DNA of 32,000 nt from Candidatus Minimicrobia sp. QA0096 (GCF_963967315.1 NZ_OZ017288.1:360001-392000); one strand, 5' to 3'; counted from the first letter of the stretch, positions 6,930 through 15,151 are shown. Notes: generated by a model from the letters alone, not told the origin. Numbers and translations are program-made.

Positions 6930-7397
6930 TTACGAAGCACAAGAACCGATTGTTCGCTCTTCTACCTTGCTTGTCGAGAAATTGTAGTACTTAACGTGCG
7001 CACCCGTAGCATCACCCGTATCCGGACATGGCTTATACTCAATAGTATTAGCTTCTCCTGGGGCGTGACCGTCAGCAAGAGCTGTGGTAGTAGTCTTAAC
7101 AGTACTCTCGTCTAAGTAGTATGGTTCGCCAGTCTGCGAAACAGAAGAAGTGCCATCAGTAACAGTCTTATTTGTTAAGTCTGATAGTTGATGTGGATAT
7201 TTGCTCTTTGCTGTGTTGTATAGCTCAGCTTTCTTAGCAACAGCGTCAGCAGCAGATTTAGCAGCAGATGTCTTTGCCTGGTTTTGCAAACCGTTGTATG
7301 CAACCAAAGAAACAACTGTCAAAATTGCGATGATCACGATAACGATCAAAAGCTCAACTAGTGTAAAACCTTGATTTTTGATATTCTTTGTAGTCAC
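6930..7397 (-). CDS. pilA: type IV major pilin (PilA-like prepilin)
   Basis: 155 aa with a class III signal (MTTKNIKNQG|FTLVELLIVIVIIAIL, Glu at +5) and a C-terminal Cys pair (C124, C153). GTG start with an AGGGGG SD 9 nt upstream. It is the last gene of the pilin operon and is followed by a strong hairpin. Confidence 0.85.
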   Translation of the reverse strand: MTTKNIKNQGFTLVELLIVIVIIAILTVVSLVAYNGLQNQAKTSAAKSAADAVAKKAELYNTAKSKYPHQLSDLTNKTVTDGTSSVSQTGEPYYLDESTVKTTTTALADGHAPGEANTIEYKPCPDTGDATGAHVKYYNFSTSKVEERTIGSCAS

Positions 7398-7438
7398 GAT
7401 AATGTGCCCCCTAAATTGTTAGTTTGATTTGTAACTTG

Positions 7439-7467
7439 ATAATACTACAACGTTTTTAAAAGCGCAA
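7439..7467 (-). promoter_or_regulatory. possible pilA-specific promoter: -35 TTGCGC, 17-nt spacer, -10 TATTAT
   Basis: Located in the 78-nt gap between the RCC1-pilin stop and the pilA GTG. The match is weak. Confidence 0.3.
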
Positions 7468-7475
7468 GCGTTTTT

Positions 7476-9254
7476 TTAATATATATATCGATTTTGTACT
7501 GGACGCAAGAATAAAGATTCCGTCGGGCTGAACCTATTATTTTCACTACCTGAAGTTCCGTCACCAATCTGCCCATTATCATTCAATCCCCAACAGTAAG
7601 AGCGCTTGTCCGACATAATTGCACAGCCGCGGTTTGCCCCAGCAGACAAACTCACTACACTCTCTGAAGCAGGAAGCCCATTTGGACCAACATTAACTGG
7701 CCGAGGAGTAAATGAATATTGAACGTCCGCCCTATTTGCTCCAAGTTGACCCAATCTGTTATCGCCCCAACAATAGACTTTCTTAGTACCAGCATCGTTC
7801 ATCAAGGCGCAAGAATGAGCAATGCCAACCTCAACCTGCAGTGCCACCCCAGGCAAACCACCGACCAACCTCGGCTCAATATGCTTTTTAGGAGTACCAC
7901 TCCCCGGAGATCCAGCCTGTCCGCGCCCAGCGCCACCCCAGCAGTACACTTTACCTGCAGCAATAGCGCAGGTGTGAGTTACATAATCAGGAGAGCCCGA
8001 CCAAGTGTATCCATCTTGAGATATATCAGTCACATCCTCCAAGCCCTTAACTCTGGTAGCATTACCATAGCCGCTATAATGCGGCACACCAATACCTAAC
8101 TGCCCAAACCTAGCTTGCCCCCAACAGTAAGCTCTTTTTTCGGTGGTTATAACGCACATAGTTTCTGAACGAGATCCGCCAGTTGATAACTTAGTAGCAG
8201 AATAATTATTAGGAAGCCTGTCGGGGCCGCCCGAATTAATACGCACTGGCGTTGCGCTGGACTTAGGGCTGCCGGGGCTCCCGTAACCCAATTGACCTAT
8301 ATTATTACTACCCCAACAATACACCTTTCCTGCAGCAATAGCACACGAAACATCACCAGTTCCTCCAATTGCACTAATATTATTTCCAGCAAAATCTGCA
8401 GCTAGTGCGCCAGTAGGCGGTTTAACCTCGACTGGGACACTAGAATATTTGCCGTCGCCAAAATCTCCATTACCTAGTTGTCCAAATTTATTATTACCCC
8501 AACAATATATTTTCCTGACAGAACTAAATTCAGTCAATACACAGCTATGAAATTGTGCCGCAAATATATCAATAATCTTCCCGTTTCTCATATCGCCCAC
8601 AGAACGCACCTTTACGGGTACATTAGAACTAACAGTAGTTCCGTCGCCCAATTGACCCATAGTATATTCATTACTTTCATACTTGTCATTATTGCCCCAA
8701 CACCAAACATTATTCGACAATATAGCGCACGTGCGATAAGTGCCGCTTACTGTGCGCGTTGCGTCAATATCAGCTGGCCAAGTAACTGATTTTTTTACAA
8801 CAGCAGTATAAGTTTTTAAGACTGTGCCACTACCATTTGTTATTTCAACGCGACCAGTTGACGAAATTTGAGCGGTAGCAGCCGACAAGGCTGCACTTTT
8901 AGTTGACGCTTCCAAATTGCCAACTTCAAAAGTCGTTCTTAACTTGCTATTCTCAAATACATATCTATTACCAGGAAAAGCTACAGCCCCCTTGCAATTA
9001 GTTTCCGGGCGAAGCGGACCAATTCCACCAGGAACCGAACCCCATGATTGCTCAGCTCCATTAGAATCCAAGCAAGCGTTGGCATACGCCGTACCTGCCT
9101 CGCCAGCCTCTTGAGCTAACTTATAATAATACTCTTCCTGAGAGTAGACATACGACTGAGTTACAACCCTCATAGCTCCAGCCAAAAGCGCCAGTATAAA
9201 AGTACTCATAAGTACAATTAACACCAAAGAATAGCCGTTTTTTTGTCGAATCAT
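7476..9254 (-). CDS. modular minor pilin: PilX-type N-terminal segment fused to a seven-blade RCC1-like beta-propeller
   Basis: 592 aa. The N-terminus MIRQKNG|YSLVLIVLMSTFILALLAGAMRVV resembles PilX_N and has no Glu5. Seven repeats carry x(W/Y)CWG...GQ(L/I/A)G, with Cys at aa 185, 251, 313, 377, 438, 495 and 554. The start overlaps the upstream gene by 4 nt (ATGA). Confidence 0.8.
   Translation of the reverse strand: MIRQKNGYSLVLIVLMSTFILALLAGAMRVVTQSYVYSQEEYYYKLAQEAGEAGTAYANACLDSNGAEQSWGSVPGGIGPLRPETNCKGAVAFPGNRYVFENSKLRTTFEVGNLEASTKSAALSAATAQISSTGRVEITNGSGTVLKTYTAVVKKSVTWPADIDATRTVSGTYRTCAILSNNVWCWGNNDKYESNEYTMGQLGDGTTVSSNVPVKVRSVGDMRNGKIIDIFAAQFHSCVLTEFSSVRKIYCWGNNKFGQLGNGDFGDGKYSSVPVEVKPPTGALAADFAGNNISAIGGTGDVSCAIAAGKVYCWGSNNIGQLGYGSPGSPKSSATPVRINSGGPDRLPNNYSATKLSTGGSRSETMCVITTEKRAYCWGQARFGQLGIGVPHYSGYGNATRVKGLEDVTDISQDGYTWSGSPDYVTHTCAIAAGKVYCWGGAGRGQAGSPGSGTPKKHIEPRLVGGLPGVALQVEVGIAHSCALMNDAGTKKVYCWGDNRLGQLGANRADVQYSFTPRPVNVGPNGLPASESVVSLSAGANRGCAIMSDKRSYCWGLNDNGQIGDGTSGSENNRFSPTESLFLRPVQNRYIY
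7479..8747 (-). repeat. seven tandem RCC1-type blade repeats (protein-level, 57-66 aa period) inside the pilin-like CDS
   Basis: The motifs are VWCWGNN..GQLGDG, IYCWGNNKFGQLGNG, VYCWGSNNIGQLGYG, AYCWGQARFGQLGIG, VYCWGGAGRGQAG, VYCWGDNRLGQLG and SYCWGLNDNGQIGDG. The DNA copies are diverged, and I saw no long exact repeats. Confidence 0.8.
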
Positions 9255-10105
9255 AAGTTATTTATCTTTCGTATTGTTAAGGTTTGCGAATCAGAAACTT
9301 GCTTACTTGGTGATTGTATCGTTAAAGTAACCTCTACATTATCCGCGCCATCAAGAGCTTTCTTATCGCTATCTGGAGCGTCGCTATTTTTGCTTATTAG
9401 CGTTTTTCCATCATAGTAATTAATCTTAAATTCCGAAACTCCAGTCGCTAAAATCGAATCTTCACGAAGCTTCATAGCTCGATCTTTAAACTTATCAGCA
9501 TCCAGGCTATTCATACAGAAATATCCCGCAGCAGACCCTGAGTATGGCGCTGGAGGGTAACTGGAGAAATCAACTAAATCATTATAGATAGTCCGTCGAT
9601 GCAGCTCTCCATTCTTCAAAAAATATATGACTATTTTTTTATACTTCGGTTGCTGAGTCTTATTTACATTACAGTCAAACTTTGGAGTTCTTAGATACAC
9701 AATCTCCCTAGAATCAGCGCCTCTGCCCATATTTGTAGCATATTGAAGCAGTATAAGTGAGTTCTTTTCGGGATCAGTAATGGCGCTACTTGAATACGGA
9801 TTACTTCTATATCTCCATTCTCTAGGCGTCGCACTAGGGAAATTTTTATCGGTAGCAAACGTATCCTCTCCATCATAACTACTCACCTTAAAACGCGAAG
9901 CTTGACGAACATCAGTTTCAATTGCATCCATGGAATTGTGCATATTTCGACTAATCTCGACTTTTGCCTTGCTGATAGACGCACTTTGGTTTGCTGAAAT
10001 TAACATCTGACTAAACACGCCGACGACCATTGCGACAATGACCATCACCATTGCCAATTCGACTACGGTAAAGCCCTCCTCATTAGAACGCCACATATGT
10101 CGCAT
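9251..10105 (-). CDS. minor pilin, PilW-like
   Basis: Prepilin motif SNEEG|FTVVELAMVMVIVAMVV followed by a ~260-aa globular part. The ORF is open to 10150. Met codons at 10105 and 10096 give an 11- or 8-aa leader peptide, and the exact start is uncertain. The gene overlaps its upstream neighbour. Confidence 0.7.
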   Translation of the reverse strand: MRHMWRSNEEGFTVVELAMVMVIVAMVVGVFSQMLISANQSASISKAKVEISRNMHNSMDAIETDVRQASRFKVSSYDGEDTFATDKNFPSATPREWRYRSNPYSSSAITDPEKNSLILLQYATNMGRGADSREIVYLRTPKFDCNVNKTQQPKYKKIVIYFLKNGELHRRTIYNDLVDFSSYPPAPYSGSAAGYFCMNSLDADKFKDRAMKLREDSILATGVSEFKINYYDGKTLISKNSDAPDSDKKALDGADNVEVTLTIQSPSKQVSDSQTLTIRKINNL

Positions 10106-10547
10106 GTACCACCTTCTTTCCACTACCCACACCAGAGCTTGGCAATCCATACTCTACGATAGACTCCACTTTAACCGGCATCCCCAGGCTAACCGTTCCA
10201 CTCTTACATCCGTATGGCGCTGATGCATATACTTCCTGCTTAACCGTTCCTGGTAGCCCGTCAATATTACCCACACTTTCCTCAACTTTATATCTAGAAC
10301 CCGGAGCCCTAAAGATCGGAGGAGGGTCTGTACATTTAAACCAAGACGGAGCGGAATCATTCGCGTAACGACGCATATTATTATATGCCAGAAGACTCGC
10401 CTTGTTGTACTGGGCATTCATGACTGATATCTGGCTAACTTGCGCTTGCATACTCAATATAACAGCCATGAAAATACCAATAACAACCAGAGTAACTGCA
10501 ACTTCGACAATAGTAAATCCATCGCTTTTTCCCACTAGTCGCGCCAT
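10083..10547 (-). CDS. minor pilin, PilV-like
   Basis: 154 aa with prepilin motif MARLVGKSDG|FTIVEVAVTLVVIGIF. Overlaps the upstream pilin gene by 13 nt. Confidence 0.75.
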   Translation of the reverse strand: MARLVGKSDGFTIVEVAVTLVVIGIFMAVILSMQAQVSQISVMNAQYNKASLLAYNNMRRYANDSAPSWFKCTDPPPIFRAPGSRYKVEESVGNIDGLPGTVKQEVYASAPYGCKSGTVSLGMPVKVESIVEYGLPSSGVGSGKKVVHATYVAF

Positions 10548-11020
10548 ACACTATCCACCTTCTTCTCTACTCCTGTTGAAAACTCTTTATATATAATGCT
10601 ATATTTCACACAAGTTACCGCTACAACATCAGACACAGGACCGGACGCAGGCTTCGTGCAATCGCCGTCATCCACATTCGAAGCTTCATACAATAACTCA
10701 CCATTATTTCCGCCAGCCCAATCACTACGATTACACTTGATCATCTCCTTTTTCAGAGAATCACCTCCTACAATTGATGAAAAATCCTTAATTAAATCAG
10801 CACAGGAAGGATACTCGTGACCGATAGAACTAACATTTTTATACTTGTAATATCGTTCCAACCTCAAGGACAGTTCAGACACATCAGCCCTCTGCTCCTG
10901 ATCTTTAGTTAGGTTCAAAAATCTTCCGCCACCAACAAAGGCAATGCTAGCCAAAATTGCAACAACCACCACTACTATCGCCAATTCAATTATCGTATAA
11001 CCACCCGTCCCACGATTCAT
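10535..11020 (-). CDS. minor pilin (FimU/PilE-like), first gene of the minor-pilin operon
   Basis: Prepilin motif MNRGTGG|YTIIELAIVVVVVAIL. The track ORF starts at a TTG (11038), but the ATG at 11020 gives a typical 7-aa leader and lies 6 nt downstream of TACAAT. Confidence 0.75.
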   Translation of the reverse strand: MNRGTGGYTIIELAIVVVVVAILASIAFVGGGRFLNLTKDQEQRADVSELSLRLERYYKYKNVSSIGHEYPSCADLIKDFSSIVGGDSLKKEMIKCNRSDWAGGNNGELLYEASNVDDGDCTKPASGPVSDVVAVTCVKYSIIYKEFSTGVEKKVDSVWRD

Positions 11021-11026
11021 ATCAAT

Positions 11027-11032
11027 ATTGTA
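11027..11032 (-). promoter_or_regulatory. -10 box TACAAT, 6 nt before the minor-pilin ATG 11020
   Basis: Reverse strand reads GCTACAATATTGATATG. Confidence 0.45.
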
Positions 11033-11061
11033 GCGCAAATCTACAAAAAAGCATATGCTTA

Positions 11062-12087
11062 TTATCGGGAAAGTTCTAGCGGCTCTTGCTCAATTTTTAT
11101 ACCGAACTTGTCAAAGACAATTTGCACAATTTCCTCACGAATCGCCGCCAAGTCATCATATCCCGTTGCCGAATCATTCACAAGCACCAACGCATTTTTT
11201 TCATAAACCCGCATGCCGTGACTGCGATAACCCCTTAAGCCAGCCTTATCTATCAACCAACCTGTCGGGATTTTATATCTTCCGTCCGACATTGCATAAT
11301 TTGGAATGTCGCTATATTCTTTTTGCAATTCTTCCAATTTCCATTTTTCAACCAGCGCGTTTTTGAAGAAAGAACCTGCACTTGGCAATTCCGCTGGGTC
11401 TGGCAATTTTTCCGAACGAATGTTAAGAACTGCCACGCGAATCACTGACAAATTGACCTCGCGAATATCATTTTCATCAATATATTTCTGCAAAGAAGCG
11501 TAGTATGGCGGTTTCGGCTCTGATTTATTTAGTCGCAAAGTAATATTCAGAATGCAATATCGTCCTTTTTCCTTGTCACGAAAAATACTGTTTCGATAAG
11601 AAAAATCACATTCGTCAGCGGAAATAGTTACAATTGTGTCGGTTTTTGAATCGTAAGCCTCCAGACTAATCAACGTATCAGCGATTTCTTGACCGTACGC
11701 CCCAACGTTCTGGACTGGCGCAGCTCCAGCCGTTCCGGGAATTCCCGACATAGCCTCAACTCCCTGAAGTCCAAGCCCAATAGCCCTCTCAACAACCTCG
11801 TCCCAGACTTCGCCCGCACCAATTTTCACATCAGTTGTTTCGTCAGTTTCAGAGATAACCTCAAAACCTTTAATCTTATTCAACAGTACGATTCCCTCAA
11901 AAACCTCATCATGCGTAATCACATTACTGCCACCACCCAACACAAAAATCGGCAAATTTTCCTTTCGAGCATTACGATATAGCGACACAACATCACTAGC
12001 AGAATCCGCTGTCGCCATATAGCGAGTCTCACCTCCCAATTTCATAGTTGTATATTGTTTCAGTGATATATTAGTCATGACGTCCAT
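11062..12087 (-). CDS. murB: UDP-N-acetylenolpyruvoylglucosamine reductase MurB
   Basis: 341 aa. FAD-binding N-terminus (LKQYTTMKLGGETRY, FVLGGGSNVI) and MurB C-terminal motifs (GSFFKN, PTGWLIDKAGLRG). Confidence 0.9.
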   Translation of the reverse strand: MDVMTNISLKQYTTMKLGGETRYMATADSASDVVSLYRNARKENLPIFVLGGGSNVITHDEVFEGIVLLNKIKGFEVISETDETTDVKIGAGEVWDEVVERAIGLGLQGVEAMSGIPGTAGAAPVQNVGAYGQEIADTLISLEAYDSKTDTIVTISADECDFSYRNSIFRDKEKGRYCILNITLRLNKSEPKPPYYASLQKYIDENDIREVNLSVIRVAVLNIRSEKLPDPAELPSAGSFFKNALVEKWKLEELQKEYSDIPNYAMSDGRYKIPTGWLIDKAGLRGYRSHGMRVYEKNALVLVNDSATGYDDLAAIREEIVQIVFDKFGIKIEQEPLELSR

Positions 12088-12093
12088 ACATAT

Positions 12094-12102
12094 AGTATAT
12101 CA
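12094..12102 (-). promoter_or_regulatory. extended -10 box TGaTATACT, 6 nt before the murB ATG
   Basis: Reverse strand reads AAATGATATACTATATGTATG. Confidence 0.55.
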
Positions 12103-12122
12103 TTTTACTCGGCCGTCATCTA

Positions 12123-12131
12123 TGATATAAT
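12123..12131 (+). promoter_or_regulatory. tRNA-Arg(TCG) promoter, extended -10 box TGaTATAAT
   Basis: Lies 10 nt before the tRNA 5' end. Confidence 0.55.
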
Positions 12132-12141
12132 AACTTCATAC

Positions 12142-12218
12142 GCACCCGTAGCTCAGCGGATTAGAGTACTTGGCTTCGAACCAAGGGGTCGCAAGTTCGA
12201 ATCTTGCCGGGTGTACCA
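12142..12218 (+). tRNA. tRNA-Arg (anticodon TCG), CCA encoded
   Basis: Acceptor GCACCCG/CGGGTGT, anticodon stem CTTGG/CCAAG with loop CTTCGAA, T arm GCAAG-TTCGAAT-CTTGC. Confidence 0.9.
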
Positions 12219-12224
12219 AAATAG

Positions 12225-12246
12225 CTCGTCATTATGACGGGTTTTT
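12225..12246 (+). terminator. intrinsic terminator after tRNA-Arg(TCG)
   Basis: Stem CTCGTCA/TGACGGG with loop TTA, followed by TTTTT. Confidence 0.6.
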
Positions 12247-12285
12247 ATTTATGATGATCATAAAAACACTAGTCAAGCGGCTGAG

Positions 12286-14736
12286 CTAGCTATTCAATGG
12301 CGGGTTCTGAATTCCTGACGGCATTTGCGCAGATTGCGAACCTAAAATTTGGCGAATTTGATCAGCCGTAATAATTGTAGTCGAACCGGGCGCGACAGTT
12401 CCCGCCAGCATTTGCTTGGCGACGGTATTCTCGACAGCTCGCTGGACGACGCGGCGCATCGGGCGAGCTCCCAATCTTGGATCATAGCCAGCCTCGACCA
12501 ACAATTTCTTACCTTCTTCCTCGACCGCAACTTGAATTTTTTGCGGCGCCAAGGTCTTATTGACTCCCGCCAAAATCAAATCAACAACCTGCAGCAACTC
12601 CTCTTTTCCTAGCGGACGGAACAGAACAATTTCATCAAAACGATTCAAGAATTCTGGGCGGAATAAATTGGCATTAATCAGCTCGTTAATAAACGTTTGT
12701 TCGAATTGCTCCAATTGATAACCGCGCTCAATATATTCACGAATTCTATCCGCGCCAGCATTTGACGTCGCAATTACAATCGTATCGCGAAAACTAATTT
12801 CTCGGTTATTTTCATCGCGAAGTATTCCCTCATCCAAAAGCTGCAAAAGCGTCGTCAAAACCTGAGGATGAGCCTTTTCAATTTCGTCCAAAAGCACGAC
12901 AGAGAACGGACGCTTCTGAACTTGAGCAGTCAAACTCCCTGGATCTCGCGCGCCATCCACAATCAACCTAGCCACGTCATCTGGCCTGACAAATTCGTTC
13001 AAATCCAAACGAATCATATTACCTTCGCCGCCAAAATAAACATCCGCCAAAGCTTTAGAAAGCTCCGTTTTACCAACACCAGTCGGACCAAGAAATAGGA
13101 ATGCGCCAATCGGTCGATTCTGATTTCTAACACCTGTGCGCGCGCGGCGAATAGCGTCAGAAACAACTGTCACGGCTCGCGTTTGATTGATCATTCGCTG
13201 ATGAATTAATGACTCCAAGTTTAACAATTTTTCCTTTTCGTCACTCAAAGATGCTACCGAAATTTTTATACCAAGAGTCTTTTCAATCGCGTCATCCACA
13301 GATTGCGCAGTCACTAGCCCACCACTCGCATAACTTGCCGCTGCTTCCAAAATTTTCAACGCCTTACCTGGCATTACTAAGTCCTGAACATAACGATCGC
13401 CAACACGATACGCCTCCGCCAGCGCCTGATACATATATGTCACTTTGTGCTGTGCCTCAAATAAAACCAATTGATCGCGCATAATTTTCATAGTTTCAGG
13501 TTCGTTTGACGGCTGAATTGCAATTGTGTTCAAAGCGTGAGCAAGCTGCGGCTTAGTCTGAGAAATTTGCAAAAATCGCTGATCGTCCATCGTTAAAATC
13601 GTCCTAAGTCTGCCCGCCTCCAGAATTGGTAATAATACATTACTCAGGTCAACCGAACCAACGCCTTCTTCAAAGAATAATTGCGCATTGTCCAGACATA
13701 AAATCACGTTTTTCGACAGAAAAGCTTCGTTCAAAATCATCGTGACTAGATTTTCCAATTCCCCGCGACCCGACGCCACGCTAATCAACGACGACGCATC
13801 CAGCATAAAAACCTGCTGATACATCAGCGAACCAGGAACGCCTCGATGTCCATCAATCAGCATTTCCGCAAACGCCGACACGACAGTACTTTTTCCCGCA
13901 CCGTCAGCACCAACCAGCGTAATATTCTGCCGCCCGCCAGAACTAAACGTTTTAAGCATCTGCCCCAGCGCCTCCTCGTGCGCAGCCAACTTAGTTGTAA
14001 ACGCGCCGCCAGATACACTGACGCTAATATTCTGAGCAAATCGACTCAGCAGTGGCGTATAACCAAAAGACCAATCCCTAGCAATTCCGCCCGTATTTAA
14101 CGGCTTCTCTTTATATTGGTCAATCAGCGCCTTTATTCGCTCGTACCATCGAATAGCCTCCTCTATATCATGAAAATCGATCTTCATATTCGCCAGCAAA
14201 GAATCGTGCTGTGGCAATTGTTTTACTATCGCCGCTGCCAAAACCGCGCTAGTAATCTTCGGACTTTCCGTGCTCTGCCAAATTTCAATCGCTGCCTTCC
14301 AAATCTGCTCCGTTCGATCCGGATCGTCGACGGAAATATTACGCAAGAAATTCGGTGTCAAACCCAGCCGCACTGCCAAAAATTGCCCGGCTCGCGTGCC
14401 TGTAATCGCCTCAGCAATATCAATCGGCGTCGGTCTGCGCGGCAATTTGCCCAAAACGTCCGCCGCCATCACATCGTCAATTGTCTTAGGATTTTTACTA
14501 ATTTCCGCAGTCTTAAGATCTTTTTCCCACCAAATTGACACCATAATCATTGGACCGCTCAGACCAAATAATAGCCAGCCAATCGATCCATGCTCAATCA
14601 ACGACCATACGCCAAGCAAAACTAACATAACGCCGACAGCTATTGCCACGATATGCCAAGCATTGCCAAATCTTACAGAAAATCGCGCCTTCTGAGCTCG
14701 CAAACTGTCGTAATTAAATCTCGGCTCTATTTCCAT
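12286..14736 (-). CDS. membrane-anchored Hsp100/Clp-family double AAA+ ATPase (degenerate D1, canonical D2)
   Basis: Two N-terminal hydrophobic helices (AWHIVAIAVGVMLVLLGVWSLI, IGWLLFGLSGPMIMVSIWW). D1 has Walker A GADGAGKST and Walker B region ILCLDNAQ. D2 has GPTGVGKTE, VVLLDEIEKAH, ATSNAG, RPEFLNRFDE and GARPMRR. The start is set at ATG 14736, with GGGAG 7 nt upstream; the ORF is open to 14823. Confidence 0.8.
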   Translation of the reverse strand: MEIEPRFNYDSLRAQKARFSVRFGNAWHIVAIAVGVMLVLLGVWSLIEHGSIGWLLFGLSGPMIMVSIWWEKDLKTAEISKNPKTIDDVMAADVLGKLPRRPTPIDIAEAITGTRAGQFLAVRLGLTPNFLRNISVDDPDRTEQIWKAAIEIWQSTESPKITSAVLAAAIVKQLPQHDSLLANMKIDFHDIEEAIRWYERIKALIDQYKEKPLNTGGIARDWSFGYTPLLSRFAQNISVSVSGGAFTTKLAAHEEALGQMLKTFSSGGRQNITLVGADGAGKSTVVSAFAEMLIDGHRGVPGSLMYQQVFMLDASSLISVASGRGELENLVTMILNEAFLSKNVILCLDNAQLFFEEGVGSVDLSNVLLPILEAGRLRTILTMDDQRFLQISQTKPQLAHALNTIAIQPSNEPETMKIMRDQLVLFEAQHKVTYMYQALAEAYRVGDRYVQDLVMPGKALKILEAAASYASGGLVTAQSVDDAIEKTLGIKISVASLSDEKEKLLNLESLIHQRMINQTRAVTVVSDAIRRARTGVRNQNRPIGAFLFLGPTGVGKTELSKALADVYFGGEGNMIRLDLNEFVRPDDVARLIVDGARDPGSLTAQVQKRPFSVVLLDEIEKAHPQVLTTLLQLLDEGILRDENNREISFRDTIVIATSNAGADRIREYIERGYQLEQFEQTFINELINANLFRPEFLNRFDEIVLFRPLGKEELLQVVDLILAGVNKTLAPQKIQVAVEEEGKKLLVEAGYDPRLGARPMRRVVQRAVENTVAKQMLAGTVAPGSTTIITADQIRQILGSQSAQMPSGIQNPPLNS

Positions 14737-15107
14737 ACAGAAACTCCCAATTGCCATAAAATAATTCCGATAAACGGCATCAGCGGCAGCGCCAGCCACA
14801 TAATAATTCCTAAAATCATCCACAAAAATCGTAGTAATATCATCAATATTCCAATAATTATCACCATGGAGCGCACCACCGCGCCAATTACTCGCGAGAA
14901 CATCTTGTCAAAAAACGCAGATAGCTGCACAGATAAGTCGCCGCCAACCGGAGCGGCTGAAATCTGGCGAAACGGATTGAATAAGGTTTTCAAAAGCAGC
15001 CCGACTGAGAAAAAATCCGCGGTTCGTAAAACCCCTAGAAAACTTTGTCGGATATATTGCAACAAGCCATTGCCGTACCACCACTGAAAGATACCCACCA
15101 AAAACAT
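14727..15107 (-). CDS. hypothetical small membrane protein, translationally coupled to the Clp-like gene
   Basis: 126 aa from ATG 15107 (MFLVGIFQWWYGNG...), with two C-terminal hydrophobic helices. Its stop overlaps the Clp-like start (GTATGGAAATAG). TGcTACAAT lies 6 nt upstream of this ATG. I recognise no family. Confidence 0.55.
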   Translation of the reverse strand: MFLVGIFQWWYGNGLLQYIRQSFLGVLRTADFFSVGLLLKTLFNPFRQISAAPVGGDLSVQLSAFFDKMFSRVIGAVVRSMVIIIGILMILLRFLWMILGIIMWLALPLMPFIGIILWQLGVSVWK

Positions 15108-15113
15108 ATTGAT

Positions 15114-15122
15114 ATTGTAGCA
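15114..15122 (-). promoter_or_regulatory. extended -10 box TGcTACAAT, 6 nt before membrane-protein ATG 15107
   Basis: Reverse strand reads GATGTGCTACAATATCAATATG. Confidence 0.55.
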
Positions 15123-15144
15123 CATCGACCCGGCAGAGTATAAT
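15115..15144 (+). promoter_or_regulatory. murT promoter: -35 TTGTAG, 18-nt spacer, -10 TATAAT, 7 nt before the ATG
   Basis: Hexamers at 15115-15120 and 15139-15144; ATG at 15152. Confidence 0.5.
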
Positions 15145-15151
15145 AGACAAT

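Noticed and set aside
7459-7478. AAAAGCGCAAGCGTTTTTTT as a terminator between the RCC1-pilin gene and pilA
   Set aside because: The stem is only about 3 bp with a 2-nt loop when actually paired, so it is not a credible intrinsic terminator. At most it marks the -35 region of a weak pilA promoter.
11039-11061. Palindrome AAGCATATGCTT followed by TTTT after murB as a terminator
   Set aside because: It can form only a 4-bp stem with a 4-nt loop, which is too weak to call. murB may read through into the minor-pilin operon in addition to the TACAAT promoter.
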